A stretch of 64,000 nucleotides of DNA from an uncultured Prochlorococcus sp. (lineage in GTDB: Bacteria; Cyanobacteriota; Cyanobacteriia; PCC-6307; Cyanobiaceae): contig CACAXR010000003.1 in the NCBI GenBank assembly GCA_902536555.1, positions 7,365 to 71,364 on the forward strand, in the 5' to 3' direction. The notes beneath the pieces are model-generated. The model ran no database searches, had not been told where the DNA came from, and saw nothing but the letters and a program-made list of their open reading frames with translations. Numbering within the stretch: position 1 is the first letter of the stretch; every line of letters starts with the position of its first letter. Both the position numbers and the translations under genes were made by a program. This document shows, piece by piece, positions 25,244-35,745 of the stretch.

Positions 25244-25495
25244 TCAAAAAAACTTCAAATTTAAAATCCATATCCAAATAAAAAAAGTACTAAATTTCAA
25301 TCCCTCTCCAAATAACAATCCAAAAGCGATAGGAGGAGAAAATATTAAAAAAAGAATAGAGAATAAACTAAATAACGCAAATGATCCTCTTAGAAAAAAA
25401 TTCTTTCTTTTTGTTCTTCTTAGATTTTTTAAAGTATTCCACTCCCATTCGATAAACTTATAGAACTTTTCTGATAATAAAAAAAAATACTTCAT
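25244..25495 (-). CDS. Hypothetical membrane protein
   Basis: Hydrophobic C-terminal half. Confidence 0.5.
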   Translation of the reverse strand: MKYFFLLSEKFYKFIEWEWNTLKNLRRTKRKNFFLRGSFALFSLFSILFLIFSPPIAFGLLFGEGLKFSTFFIWIWILNLKFF

Positions 25496-25548
25496 TAATA
25501 TTATTAATTTCTATCGGCTTTTCTTATTTATAAAATTAATTTCACCTG

Positions 25549-25839
25549 TTAGCAATAAACCTTATCCCCTTCTTCAGAAAGATAGTAAATTCTATTTTCT
25601 GAACTTACAAAGAATGTTAATCCCTTATATTGTGATCTTTTAAATTTATCTAATCTAAGTTTGTGTAAATCCCAATTATCAGTGCTTATGTCAGGATTAA
25701 ATTCTTGTTCTTTTAAGAAAGGTACATAAGTTGGAATAATTGTTGTTTTTTGGGCTAACCCTCTATTTCGTTTTGAATAAAAAAATAATAAAAATAAAAG
25801 TACAAAAAAAAGAATTAATAATATATTTGTCATTGTCAA
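25549..25839 (-). CDS. Membrane-anchored hypothetical protein
   Basis: N-terminal TM; C-terminal YKGLTFFVS..RIYYLSE.GDKVYC. Confidence 0.65.
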   Translation of the reverse strand: MTMTNILLILFFVLLFLLFFYSKRNRGLAQKTTIIPTYVPFLKEQEFNPDISTDNWDLHKLRLDKFKRSQYKGLTFFVSSENRIYYLSEEGDKVYC

Positions 25840-25995
25840 TTTTTCTAATTTGAAAAAACTTTATTTTGAAGAATCAAGAACTTTTCACAATAAATTGCTT
25901 AGTAAGTAAAAAATCCTATTTTTATATTCTTGTATTTTTGAATACTTATCAAGGGTTTACCTAAATTAGATTATAAAGTGAGTCGCATAATCAAC

Positions 25996-26139
25996 ATGAC
26001 TCAAAATTCCATGAATACTCCTTATGCAAAAAGAGTAGCTGAAAAATTTAGAGAGGCTCAAAACTACTTAAAAACTAATGGTTTTAGTAGATCAACTAAA
26101 CATTTACTGGAAGATATTGAAAATTCTGTTGAAAAATAA
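25996..26139 (+). CDS. 47-aa hypothetical microprotein
   Basis: MTQNSMNTPYAKRVAEKFREAQNYLKTNGFSRSTKHLLEDIENSVEK*. Confidence 0.55.
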   Translation: MTQNSMNTPYAKRVAEKFREAQNYLKTNGFSRSTKHLLEDIENSVEK

Positions 26140-26288
26140 TGCCAATATCCCCTCAATTACAATATGGCTACGATGATGGCTTTACAACCATTATTTTTGG
26201 GTTAATAGGAAGTTGCTTAGGATGTATCTTAATTTTATTAATTTCATTTTTTGAATTTAAATTCAAAAAGCAAAATAGTAAGCCTTAA
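26139..26288 (+). CDS. 49-aa single-TM microprotein
   Basis: MPISPQLQYGYDDGFTTIIFGLIGSCLGCILILLISFFEFKFKKQNSKP*; TAATG coupling. Confidence 0.55.
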   Translation: MPISPQLQYGYDDGFTTIIFGLIGSCLGCILILLISFFEFKFKKQNSKP

Positions 26289-26296
26289 TAGACTTA

Positions 26297-27388
26297 CTAA
26301 ACATTAAATAAGAACTCCATTACATCACCTTCGTTAACAATATATTCCTTACCTTCACTTCTTAAAAGACCTTTAGTTTTTGCATTGGCAATTGAACCTG
26401 AATCAATTAAATTTTGATACGAAATAGTCTGAGCTCTTATAAATCCTTTTTCAAAATCAGTATGAATTACTCCTGCTGCCTGTGGCGCAGTCATCCCATC
26501 TTTTATGGTCCATGCTTTTGTCTCCTTTTCTCCGGTAGTGAAATAAGTTTTTAATCCCAATAATTTATATGTTGATCTAATTAAAGAACTTAATCCCCCT
26601 TCTTCTACTCCTAAACCCATAAGGTAGTCTTTTTTATCTTCTGGTTCTAACTCTATTAATTCAGATTCGACTTGCGCTGATATTTTTATACATTCTGTAT
26701 TTTCATTGCTTGCAAAACTCTGAACTGTTGATGAAAAATCATTACCTTCAGCTAAATCATTTTCATTCAAATTAGTTGCGTAAATAATTGGTTTAGCAGT
26801 GAGGAAGTCCAATTGCTTAATTATTAAATTTTCTTCTTCATTCAAAGATATTGATCTAACTGAAAGGCCTTTCTCTAGCTCTTCTTCAATTTTTTCTAGT
26901 AAGGTATCTTCTTTAGCTGCCTCTTTACTAGTTCTAACCTGTTTTTTAATTCTTTCTCTTCTTTTTTGGAGTTGAGATAAATCAGCTAAATTCAATTCCA
27001 GATTAATTATCTCAATGTCATCCAGGGGATCTACCTTTCCAGAAACATGAATTACATCACTATCTTCAAAGCACCTTACAACATGAACTATTGCATCAAC
27101 CTCCCTAATATTTGATAAAAATTTATTTCCCAAACCTTCGCCTTTACTAGCTCCTTTTACAAGTCCTGCGATATCTACAAATTCAATTTTTGTTGGGATA
27201 ATATTTTGGCTAGAACTTAAATTACCTAACTCTTGCAACCTTTGATCTGGGACTGAAACTATGCCTTTATTAGGTTCTATAGTACAAAAAGGAAAATTAG
27301 CCGCTTGGGCCTTAGCATTTTCTACAAGTGCATTAAATAGAGTTGATTTTCCAACATTTGGTAATCCAATAATACCTGCTTTTAACAT
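26297..27388 (-). CDS. ychF: Redox-regulated ATPase YchF (OBG family)
   Basis: GLPNVGKST, NFPFCTIEPN, DIAGLVKGASKGEGLGNKFL, C-terminal TGS domain. Confidence 0.97.
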   Translation of the reverse strand: MLKAGIIGLPNVGKSTLFNALVENAKAQAANFPFCTIEPNKGIVSVPDQRLQELGNLSSSQNIIPTKIEFVDIAGLVKGASKGEGLGNKFLSNIREVDAIVHVVRCFEDSDVIHVSGKVDPLDDIEIINLELNLADLSQLQKRRERIKKQVRTSKEAAKEDTLLEKIEEELEKGLSVRSISLNEEENLIIKQLDFLTAKPIIYATNLNENDLAEGNDFSSTVQSFASNENTECIKISAQVESELIELEPEDKKDYLMGLGVEEGGLSSLIRSTYKLLGLKTYFTTGEKETKAWTIKDGMTAPQAAGVIHTDFEKGFIRAQTISYQNLIDSGSIANAKTKGLLRSEGKEYIVNEGDVMEFLFNV

Positions 27389-27531
27389 TTGAAAAAACTT
27401 ATGGAAAAATTATCAAGAAAACATCTTCTAGTAATATAGTATTTACTTAACCAATCTTGGATAAGTTAATTATAATCGTTTTGATTATTTATTTAGTTCC
27501 AAATATTATCAATTACTTTTTTTCAAAAGAA

Positions 27532-28593
27532 ATGCTTGATTTAATAAAAAAAAATATAAATCTAAGAAGTGGAATTATATTGCTTTCTCTTGCTATATTT
27601 TTCTTTTTTATAACCAATTCCTTCAAGAAAAATAAGTCAAAAGATATTTCTGATTTTGTAGTTCAAGTTGAAAAAGGAATCCTCTCAGATTCAATTAATA
27701 CTAGTGGTGAAGTAAAAGCAATAAGGACAAGCAATATTGGGCCTCGGAAGCAAGGCGTAATAAAAGAAATCAAAGTAGATGAGGGCGATCTTGTAAAAAA
27801 AAATCAGGTTTTAGCTTCTCTTGATGATGAAGATTTTATCTATAAAATTGAAGAACTTGAATTAAATGTAGAAAAACAAAAATCTGAATTTTTAAGAAGG
27901 GAATATTTATATCAAGAAGGCGCAGTAAGTAAAGAAGACTATGAAAGTTATAAAAATAACTACAACATTAGTAGCGCAAAACTTAATGATGCAAAAGCTG
28001 AAAAAAGTTTCTATCTAATTAAAGCTCCTTATGGAGGAAAGATAACTGCAAAATATGCTGAGATAGGATCTTATGTCACACCAAGTACAAACTTAAGTTC
28101 AGACCCTAAAACCAAAAACTTTATTTTTGAACTATCGGAGGGCCTAGAAATTGTTGCTAAAGTTCCTGAGAGTGACATTGGCAGAATAAAAATAGGTCAA
28201 GAAGCCTCAGTAAGAATTGAGGCTTATCCCTCAAAAAAATATAGTGCCATAGTTAAAAAAATAGCTACAAGAGCTGTAAAAGATAATAATGTAACCTCAT
28301 TCGAAGTAACTTTAAATTTTAAAGATATTTCTGAAGAAATTAAAATTGGAATGACTGCAGATCTTGAATTTAGAGTCGAAGGCAATGAAGAAAAAATCTT
28401 AGTACCAACAGTTTCTATTGTCACTGAAAAAGGTGAAAAAGGAATTTTGAAAGTTGATAAAAACAATTCTCCCAAATTTGAAAAAATCGAAATTGGTATT
28501 AGTAGTGGAAATAAAACTTCAGTAATTGATGGATTAGAACCTGGAGAGCAAATCTTTATTGATATTCCACCTTGGGCTAAGAAGAGAAAATGA
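27532..28593 (+). CDS. Efflux RND/ABC periplasmic adaptor (HlyD/MFP family)
   Basis: N-terminal TM, lipoyl-like GVIKEIKVDEGDLV and IKAPYGG, beta-barrel; ATG 27532 preferred. Confidence 0.88.
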   Translation: MLDLIKKNINLRSGIILLSLAIFFFFITNSFKKNKSKDISDFVVQVEKGILSDSINTSGEVKAIRTSNIGPRKQGVIKEIKVDEGDLVKKNQVLASLDDEDFIYKIEELELNVEKQKSEFLRREYLYQEGAVSKEDYESYKNNYNISSAKLNDAKAEKSFYLIKAPYGGKITAKYAEIGSYVTPSTNLSSDPKTKNFIFELSEGLEIVAKVPESDIGRIKIGQEASVRIEAYPSKKYSAIVKKIATRAVKDNNVTSFEVTLNFKDISEEIKIGMTADLEFRVEGNEEKILVPTVSIVTEKGEKGILKVDKNNSPKFEKIEIGISSGNKTSVIDGLEPGEQIFIDIPPWAKKRK

Positions 28594-31520
28594 GTTTAAA
28601 ATCTGAAAACTCTAAAAAACCAATTTTACTTTTAGTCGATGGCCACTCACTTGCTTTTAGAAGCTTCTATGCATTTAGCAAAGGGATTGATGGGGGTTTA
28701 ACTACCAAAGAGGGATTTCCAACAAGTGTCACTTATGGATTTCTTAAAAGCCTTCTGGATAATTGTAAAAATATAAGTCCTGAGGGTGTTTGTATTACGT
28801 TTGATACCGAAAAACCTACTTTCAGACATGAATTAGATCCAAATTATAAGGCCAATAGAGATGTAGCACCAGATGTTTTTTTTGAGGATATTGAACAACT
28901 AGAAATCATTTTAGAAGAAAGCCTTAATTTACCAATTTTTAAATCTCCAGGATACGAAGCAGATGATCTCCTAGGCACAATTGCAAATGATGCTTCTTCT
29001 AAAGGATGGTGCGTGAATATTCTTTCTGGAGATAGGGACTTATTTCAATTAGTAGATGATCAAAAAGATATTTATGTACTTTATATGGGTGGTGGTCCAT
29101 ATGCGAAAAGTGGAAATCCAACTCTTATGAATGAAAATGGAGTAAAAGAAAAATTAGGTGTTGCGCCAGAAAGAGTAGTTGATCTCAAAGCCCTAACTGG
29201 TGATAGTTCTGATAATATTCCAGGTATTAAAGGAGTAGGGCCAAAAACTGCAATTAATCTACTAAAAGAGAACGATACGCTTGATGGAATCTATCAGGCT
29301 TTGGACAAGATTCAGCAGAACAACGATAAGAAATATAAAGGATTCATCAAAGGTTCAGTTATAGAGAAGCTCAGAAACGATAAACATAATGCTTTTCTTT
29401 CCAGGGATTTAGCAAAAATAAATACTGAGGTACCTTTGATATTAAGTGATTGTTATGAATTAAAAAATATAAATCAAGAACTCCTCTCAGAGTCACTGCA
29501 AAAACTTGAATTATCAACATTACTCCGGCAAATTGATATTTTCAATTCAACTTTTAGTAAAGGTGGTTTTGACAAAAATAATGTAGCTAAAGAGGAGGAG
29601 AAGATACCAAAAGTCGCAGGCAAGAATGAATTAGAAAATAGTGAAAATAAAATCCCTAAAATCAACGTAACAGTTGTAAATGATTTCGAATTACTTGATA
29701 AATTAATTCAAAGATTAGACAAGACTAATCAAATAGTTTCTTTAGATACAGAGACCAATAGTTTGAATCCAATCGATGCGGAACTTGTTGGGATAGGGTT
29801 ATGTCTTGGAGAAGAAAATGATGATTTATTTTATATACCTCTTGGTCATCAAACAAAAAAGGAGGCCTCCAATCAATTAACAATAGAAGATGTTTTCTCA
29901 AAGCTAAGAAATTGGATAGAAGATCCAAAAAAAGAAAAAGCACTCCAAAATTCAAAATTTGATAGGCAAATATTTTTTAATCATGGACTTGATCTTAAAG
30001 GCGTAACCTTTGACACCTTGTTAGCAGACTACCTTCTTAATAATCAGGAGAAACATGGTTTAAGTGAAATTAGTTTTAGATTATTTGGATTTAAGCCTCC
30101 TTCATTTAAGGACACAGTTGGAAAAAATAAAGACTTTTCATTTGTTGATATTGATGAAGCAAGTATTTACTGTGGTTATGATGTTTTTCTAACTTTTAAG
30201 ATTGTCAAAATTTTTAAAGAAAGTTTTTCAAAGGAAAAAGATGAATTAATCAAATTGTTCGAAGAAATCGAGCTGCCTTTAGAGCCGGTATTGTCCCAAA
30301 TGGAAATGAATGGCATAACCATCGACATCCCTTATTTGGATGAACTCTCAAAAGAATTAAAAAGTACCTTAGAAGATATTGAAAGTAAGGTTTATCAGTT
30401 AGCAGAGGAGAATTTCAATCTATCTTCACCAAAACAACTTGGTGAGATCTTGTTTGAAAAATTAAATTTGGATAAGAAAAAATCACGTAAAACAAAAACA
30501 GGATGGAGTACAGATGCAGTAGTTCTGGAAAGATTAGTCGACGAACATGAAATAATCCAACATTTAATAAAACATAGAACTCTTAGCAAATTACTTAGCA
30601 CCTATATTGATGCTCTTCCAAATCTTATTAACGAAAAGACAGGAAGAGTTCATACAAACTTTAATCAAGCTGCTACAGCGACTGGGAGACTAAGTAGTAG
30701 CAATCCTAATCTTCAAAATATCCCGGTTAGGACTGAATTTAGCAGGAGAATCAGAAAAGCATTCTTGCCTGAAAAAAATTGGAAACTTTTATCAGCTGAT
30801 TATTCTCAGATCGAATTAAGAATACTCGCTCACTTAGCGGATGAAGAAATACTAATAAATGCATTTCATAAAAATGATGATATTCATTCTTTGACTGCAA
30901 GATTAATTTTTGAGAAAGAAGAAATTTCTTCTGATGAGAGAAGAGTTGGGAAAACAATAAATTTCGGAGTTATCTATGGTATGGGGATAAAAAAGTTTGC
31001 CCGTTCAACAGGAGTAAGTACTCCAGAAGCAAAAGAATTTCTAATAAAATACAAAGAAAGATATTCAAAAATTTTCAAATTTCTTGAACTTCAAGAAAGG
31101 CTTGCCTTATCAAAAGGTTATGTAAAAACAATTTTCGGTCGAAAAAGAGAATTTAAGTTTGATAAAAATGGACTTGGAAGACTAATAGGAAAAGATCCTT
31201 ACGAAATTGACTTGCAATCCGCAAGAAGAGCTGGCATGGAAGCACAGTCACTTAGAGCCGCAGCCAATGCCCCAATCCAAGGTTCAAGTGCAGATATTAT
31301 TAAAATTGCAATGGTTCAACTAAATAAAAAATTCATAGAAATGAATGTTCCAGCAAAAATGCTTTTACAAGTACATGATGAATTATTGTTTGAAGTTGAA
31401 CCAGATTCTTTGGAAATTACGACGAAATTAGTAAAGAAGACTATGGAAGATTGTGTAAAATTAAATGTGCCTCTTTTAGTTGATATTGGAATTGGAGACA
31501 ATTGGATGGAGACAAAATAA
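28590..31520 (+). CDS. polA: DNA polymerase I
   Basis: 5'-exonuclease LLVDG...GYEADD, 3'-exonuclease LDTET, polymerase motifs DYSQIELR and LQVHDEL. Confidence 0.98.
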   Translation: MSLKSENSKKPILLLVDGHSLAFRSFYAFSKGIDGGLTTKEGFPTSVTYGFLKSLLDNCKNISPEGVCITFDTEKPTFRHELDPNYKANRDVAPDVFFEDIEQLEIILEESLNLPIFKSPGYEADDLLGTIANDASSKGWCVNILSGDRDLFQLVDDQKDIYVLYMGGGPYAKSGNPTLMNENGVKEKLGVAPERVVDLKALTGDSSDNIPGIKGVGPKTAINLLKENDTLDGIYQALDKIQQNNDKKYKGFIKGSVIEKLRNDKHNAFLSRDLAKINTEVPLILSDCYELKNINQELLSESLQKLELSTLLRQIDIFNSTFSKGGFDKNNVAKEEEKIPKVAGKNELENSENKIPKINVTVVNDFELLDKLIQRLDKTNQIVSLDTETNSLNPIDAELVGIGLCLGEENDDLFYIPLGHQTKKEASNQLTIEDVFSKLRNWIEDPKKEKALQNSKFDRQIFFNHGLDLKGVTFDTLLADYLLNNQEKHGLSEISFRLFGFKPPSFKDTVGKNKDFSFVDIDEASIYCGYDVFLTFKIVKIFKESFSKEKDELIKLFEEIELPLEPVLSQMEMNGITIDIPYLDELSKELKSTLEDIESKVYQLAEENFNLSSPKQLGEILFEKLNLDKKKSRKTKTGWSTDAVVLERLVDEHEIIQHLIKHRTLSKLLSTYIDALPNLINEKTGRVHTNFNQAATATGRLSSSNPNLQNIPVRTEFSRRIRKAFLPEKNWKLLSADYSQIELRILAHLADEEILINAFHKNDDIHSLTARLIFEKEEISSDERRVGKTINFGVIYGMGIKKFARSTGVSTPEAKEFLIKYKERYSKIFKFLELQERLALSKGYVKTIFGRKREFKFDKNGLGRLIGKDPYEIDLQSARRAGMEAQSLRAAANAPIQGSSADIIKIAMVQLNKKFIEMNVPAKMLLQVHDELLFEVEPDSLEITTKLVKKTMEDCVKLNVPLLVDIGIGDNWMETK

Positions 31521-31544
31521 ACCTTATGAAATACTTATTTTAAG

Positions 31545-33014
31545 ATGATCAAACTTTTTAATACTTTAAGCAAAAAAGTTGAGGTTTTTAAGCCTATTGA
31601 TGATGTAGTAAAAATTTATTGTTGTGGGGTAACTGTTTATGATTTATGTCATCTTGGTCATGCCAGAAGTTATATCTCTTGGGATGTATTGAGAAGATTT
31701 TTAATTTACAGTAATTTCAAAGTGAAGTATGTTCAAAATTTTACAGATATTGATGACAAGATCTTAAAAAGAGCGAAAGAAGAAAGCAGTTCAATGAAGG
31801 AAGTATCTGAAAAAAATATCATTGAATTTCATAAAGATATGGATTCTTTAGGGATAATGCGTCCGGATAGCATGCCAAGAGCAACGAATCATATATGCAA
31901 TATCTGCTCCTTCATAACAATCCTTGAGGATAAAGGTTATGCATACTCTAGGGATGGAGATGTTTATTATTCTGTTTTCAAAAATAAAAATTATGGAAAG
32001 CTAAGTAATCAAAATTTACAAGAACAAAATATCAATCAGCAAGGAAGAATGGTTAATGAAGAAAATAGTAAAAAACTTAATCCGCAAGATTTTGCGCTAT
32101 GGAAAAAAGCCAAAGATGATGAACCATTTTTTGATTCGCCATGGGGTAAAGGTAGGCCAGGATGGCATATTGAATGTTCGGCGATGGTTAAAGATGAATT
32201 AGGAGATACTATCGATATCCATTTAGGTGGTTCTGATTTGATTTTTCCACATCATGAGAATGAAATCGCCCAATCAGAAGCAGCCAATGGCAAAAAGTTA
32301 GCGAACTATTGGTTACACAATGGGATGGTCAATGTAAATGGACAAAAGATGAGTAAATCCCTTAAAAATTTTAAAACTATCAGAGAGCTAATTAAGTCAG
32401 GTATAAGCCCTATGACTTTGCGATATTTTGTTATGACTGTTAATTATAGAAAACCACTTGATTTTACTGAAGAAGCTTTAAGGAGTGCTTCAGAAGCTTG
32501 GAAAAACATTAATGTAGCCCTATCTTTTTTGGACCTTACAAAAGATGCTTTTAAATCTATTGATAAGAATGAATCTATCGAAGACGAATATAAAGAGAAA
32601 ATAAGCTTTGAATTATCTCAAAAAAAGCTTAAATTTTCTGAGGCTCTTGGGAATGACCTTAATACAGCAGGGGCTATTGCAATTATTTACGATTTAGCAA
32701 AGCCATTAAAAAACTTTTTAAACCAATTTCAAAGGGTCGAAGGTTTTAGAATAGACCTAAATGAAAAATTCTTTCTACTTGAGAATTTTAAAACTCTTGA
32801 AAAGTTGACTGAGGTACTTGGTCTTAAAAAAGAGGTTTTAGTAAAAGAAAGTAAAATAAAAGAAGAAGAAATATCAATGCTTATTAATGAAAGATTGAAA
32901 GCAAAAAAAGAAAAGAATTATACGAAGGCCGATGAAATCAGGAATTTGTTAAAAGAAAAAGGTATTGAACTTATTGATCAATCAAAGGAAATAACAACAT
33001 GGATAAGGGTCTAA
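31545..33014 (+). CDS. cysS: Cysteine-tRNA ligase
   Basis: CGVTVYD.CHLGHAR, GRPGWHIECS, KMSKS. Confidence 0.98.
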   Translation: MIKLFNTLSKKVEVFKPIDDVVKIYCCGVTVYDLCHLGHARSYISWDVLRRFLIYSNFKVKYVQNFTDIDDKILKRAKEESSSMKEVSEKNIIEFHKDMDSLGIMRPDSMPRATNHICNICSFITILEDKGYAYSRDGDVYYSVFKNKNYGKLSNQNLQEQNINQQGRMVNEENSKKLNPQDFALWKKAKDDEPFFDSPWGKGRPGWHIECSAMVKDELGDTIDIHLGGSDLIFPHHENEIAQSEAANGKKLANYWLHNGMVNVNGQKMSKSLKNFKTIRELIKSGISPMTLRYFVMTVNYRKPLDFTEEALRSASEAWKNINVALSFLDLTKDAFKSIDKNESIEDEYKEKISFELSQKKLKFSEALGNDLNTAGAIAIIYDLAKPLKNFLNQFQRVEGFRIDLNEKFFLLENFKTLEKLTEVLGLKKEVLVKESKIKEEEISMLINERLKAKKEKNYTKADEIRNLLKEKGIELIDQSKEITTWIRV

Positions 33015-33096
33015 ATTTTAAGAAAAAAACCAATTTGAAATTTTTGTTTTTTAAATACCCCTTTAAATGGGAAGATATTAGAAATATCAGAGAAAA

Positions 33097-34326
33097 TTGA
33101 AATACATTACTGTACTCGGTTCTACTGGTTCAATTGGGACTCAAACTCTCGAAATAGCTAGTGAGCAGCCTGATAAGTTTAAAGCCGTAGCTCTTTCGGC
33201 AGGAAGAAATATTAGTTTATTAACAGAACAAGTTAAAACACATAAACCAGAAGTAGTTGCGATTGAGGATGAAAATCTTATAGAAGATTTAAAAGATAAT
33301 ATTAATAACTTAGATTTGGATAGTACTCCCTTGGTTTTGAGTGGCAAGGAGGGGATTAACGCTGTTGCAGCATGGGATAAGGCAGATACTGTGGTTACAG
33401 GGATAGTAGGATGTGCAGGCTTAATTCCAACAATGTCAGCAATTAATGCGGGGAAAAATATTGCACTTGCTAACAAAGAAACTTTAATTGCGGCAGGACC
33501 AATTGTTATTCCTGCATTAAAGAAAAATAATAGTAGGCTTTTACCTGCTGATTCAGAACATTCTGCTATCTTTCAATGTTTACAAGGATTACCCAATTAT
33601 GAAAATGCAGATTTTTCAACAGGAGAGATACCTAAAGGTTTAAAAGCCATACATTTAACAGCTTCTGGTGGTGCTTTCAGAGATTGGGCCGTTGAGGATT
33701 TAAAACATGTCACAGTGGAAGATGCAACTTCACATCCTAATTGGGATATGGGAAAAAAAATAACTGTAGATTCTGCAACTCTTATGAATAAAGGATTAGA
33801 AGTTATAGAAGCTCATTATTTATTTGGGACCTCTTACGAAAATATCGAAATAGTTATCCACCCTCAAAGTATTATTCATTCAATGATTGAGATGGAAGAT
33901 TCTTCAGTATTAGCTCAATTAGGTTGGCCAGATATGAAACTACCCATTTTATATGCGATGAGTTGGCCTGAAAGATTTAAAACAAATTGGAAAAGATTAA
34001 ACCTAAGTGAAATTGGAAAATTAACTTTTAAAAAGCCAGACGAGTTTAAATATCCATGCATGGGACTTGCCTATGCCGCAGGAAAATCTTCTGGGACTAT
34101 GCCAGCAGTCTTAAATGCTGCTAATGAAATGGCTGTTGAACAATTCCTTAAAGAAAAAATTTCTTTTCAAGAAATTCCAACATTTATAAGCAAAGCTTGT
34201 GAATCACATATGGAGAATTTGAATTTAAGTCCCGAATTGGAGGATATTCTTGAAGTAGATAATTGGGCCAGACTTTTTGTTGAGCAAGAAATTAAAAAAG
34301 GGAAAAAATACGTAAGTATTGGGTAA
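33097..34326 (+). CDS. dxr: 1-deoxy-D-xylulose-5-phosphate reductoisomerase
   Basis: [45 protein letters not shown]. Confidence 0.98.
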   Translation: MKYITVLGSTGSIGTQTLEIASEQPDKFKAVALSAGRNISLLTEQVKTHKPEVVAIEDENLIEDLKDNINNLDLDSTPLVLSGKEGINAVAAWDKADTVVTGIVGCAGLIPTMSAINAGKNIALANKETLIAAGPIVIPALKKNNSRLLPADSEHSAIFQCLQGLPNYENADFSTGEIPKGLKAIHLTASGGAFRDWAVEDLKHVTVEDATSHPNWDMGKKITVDSATLMNKGLEVIEAHYLFGTSYENIEIVIHPQSIIHSMIEMEDSSVLAQLGWPDMKLPILYAMSWPERFKTNWKRLNLSEIGKLTFKKPDEFKYPCMGLAYAAGKSSGTMPAVLNAANEMAVEQFLKEKISFQEIPTFISKACESHMENLNLSPELEDILEVDNWARLFVEQEIKKGKKYVSIG

Positions 34327-34328
34327 AA

Positions 34329-34670
34329 GTGAATATAAAAAAACATCTTCTACTATGCGCAACACCCACTAAACAGAAATGCTTTAAAGGCAATGAAGGT
34401 CAAAAAACATGGGAATGCCTGAAAAAGACTTTAAAAAAATTTGAGAATGATCCCTCTACAAAAAACGTTCATATATTAAGGTCAAAAGCTGATTGTTTAA
34501 GGATATGTAAAAACGGTCCAATTCTTCTTGTGTGGCCTGATGGTATTTGGTATGAGAAAGTTTCTCCAGAAAAAATTTCAGAAATTTTTACCTCACATAT
34601 TATTAACGGAAAGCCAATAGAAAAATGGATTTTCAAAAAAACACCATTTTTAAATAGTCCTAGATACTAA
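34329..34670 (+). CDS. Thioredoxin-like (2Fe-2S) ferredoxin
   Basis: LLLC...KC...CLRICKNGP...WPDGIWY. Confidence 0.85.
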   Translation: MNIKKHLLLCATPTKQKCFKGNEGQKTWECLKKTLKKFENDPSTKNVHILRSKADCLRICKNGPILLVWPDGIWYEKVSPEKISEIFTSHIINGKPIEKWIFKKTPFLNSPRY

Positions 34671-35745
34671 TAAACCAGTTCTTTACAACTTCGTCTGACC
34701 AGCAGCCATTAATAGAGTGAAAACCATTATGACCTCCTTTTTCAGTTATAAGAATAGTAAATTTATCAATAAATTTCCCTCTTAAATTCAAAGTTGCATT
34801 ATATGGAACCCAAGGATCATCCTTGGCATGAATAAAAAGCATTTGAGGTAATTTTTTTATTGAGTTTTGGATTCTAAATATTGGAGAAGCTTTAACATAA
34901 TAATCTTCTAAAGAATCAAATCCCCAACTTGGAGCTGTAAATTTCTGATCAAATTCCCTTATGCTTTTTAAAGCTCTAATTTTTTTTCTTAATTTCTCAT
35001 TATTAAGAATTTTGCCTTCATCATTAAATCCATCCCACAACTGATTTTTTAAGCGATGAAGTAACCATTTTTGGTAGATATAATTTCTAGATTTTTCAAT
35101 ACAGAGACTGCATGATGATAAATCTAGAGGGCTACTCACACAGGCTAGGCCATCTAAAAGTTTTTCTCCTTTGTTTTCATCGTAATCTAAGCAGGCATTT
35201 AAAAGAATTGTTCCGCCTAAAGATAATCCAACTCCGTAAATTGGAATATTATTCATCTTAAAGAGATCTTTAAACTCTAAATTAATGAATTTTTTAAAAT
35301 AATTAATTGCTGAAATAACATCACTTGAGCATCTAGCACAATAATTTCCTTTAGCTAAATATCTCGCACATCCAGATCCTCTCAGATTTAATTTAAGAAC
35401 TCCAAAACCATTATTTGCTAATTTCCTAGAGATTCTTCTTAAACCAAACCGTTTAGTTGAGCCCCCTAAACCATGTGTAACGATTACAAAACCCCTAAGT
35501 GAGTCAAAGTTTTCAGGTAATTCTAAAAACCCTAGAAGATAATCACATTCAAATTTTTTAGAAAGAATTTTATTAATCGGAAAGAATATTTTTTTATTTT
35601 TTTTTGATTTACCAAAATCAATAACAAAAGTATCTCTCAAAGTTTGTAAGTCGCCACCCATCCAAGGTAAGACTTCTCTAAATGGCTTATTTTTTACATA
35701 ATCTGAAAAACTGAAAGATATATTATTATTTCTCCCCAACTCCAA
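34660..35745 (-). CDS. Alpha/beta hydrolase (YheT family)
   Basis: GDLQT, HGLGGS, GLSLGG nucleophile, DDPWV, GGHNGF. Confidence 0.88.
   Translation of the reverse strand: MELGRNNNISFSFSDYVKNKPFREVLPWMGGDLQTLRDTFVIDFGKSKKNKKIFFPINKILSKKFECDYLLGFLELPENFDSLRGFVIVTHGLGGSTKRFGLRRISRKLANNGFGVLKLNLRGSGCARYLAKGNYCARCSSDVISAINYFKKFINLEFKDLFKMNNIPIYGVGLSLGGTILLNACLDYDENKGEKLLDGLACVSSPLDLSSCSLCIEKSRNYIYQKWLLHRLKNQLWDGFNDEGKILNNEKLRKKIRALKSIREFDQKFTAPSWGFDSLEDYYVKASPIFRIQNSIKKLPQMLFIHAKDDPWVPYNATLNLRGKFIDKFTILITEKGGHNGFHSINGCWSDEVVKNWFISI

Larger units (their letters stand above)
1000..26290. other. Hypervariable genomic island (accessory genes, micro-ORFs, hli cluster); left boundary uncertain
   Basis: Dense short ORFs, paralogs, a pseudogene and long AT-rich spacers, ending at the core gene ychF. 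Confidence 0.75.

Noticed and set aside
9270-25950. Recurring AAGTAYTT/AATACTT words upstream of island ORFs
   Set aside because: Cannot be distinguished from chance in such AT-rich DNA without a statistical motif search
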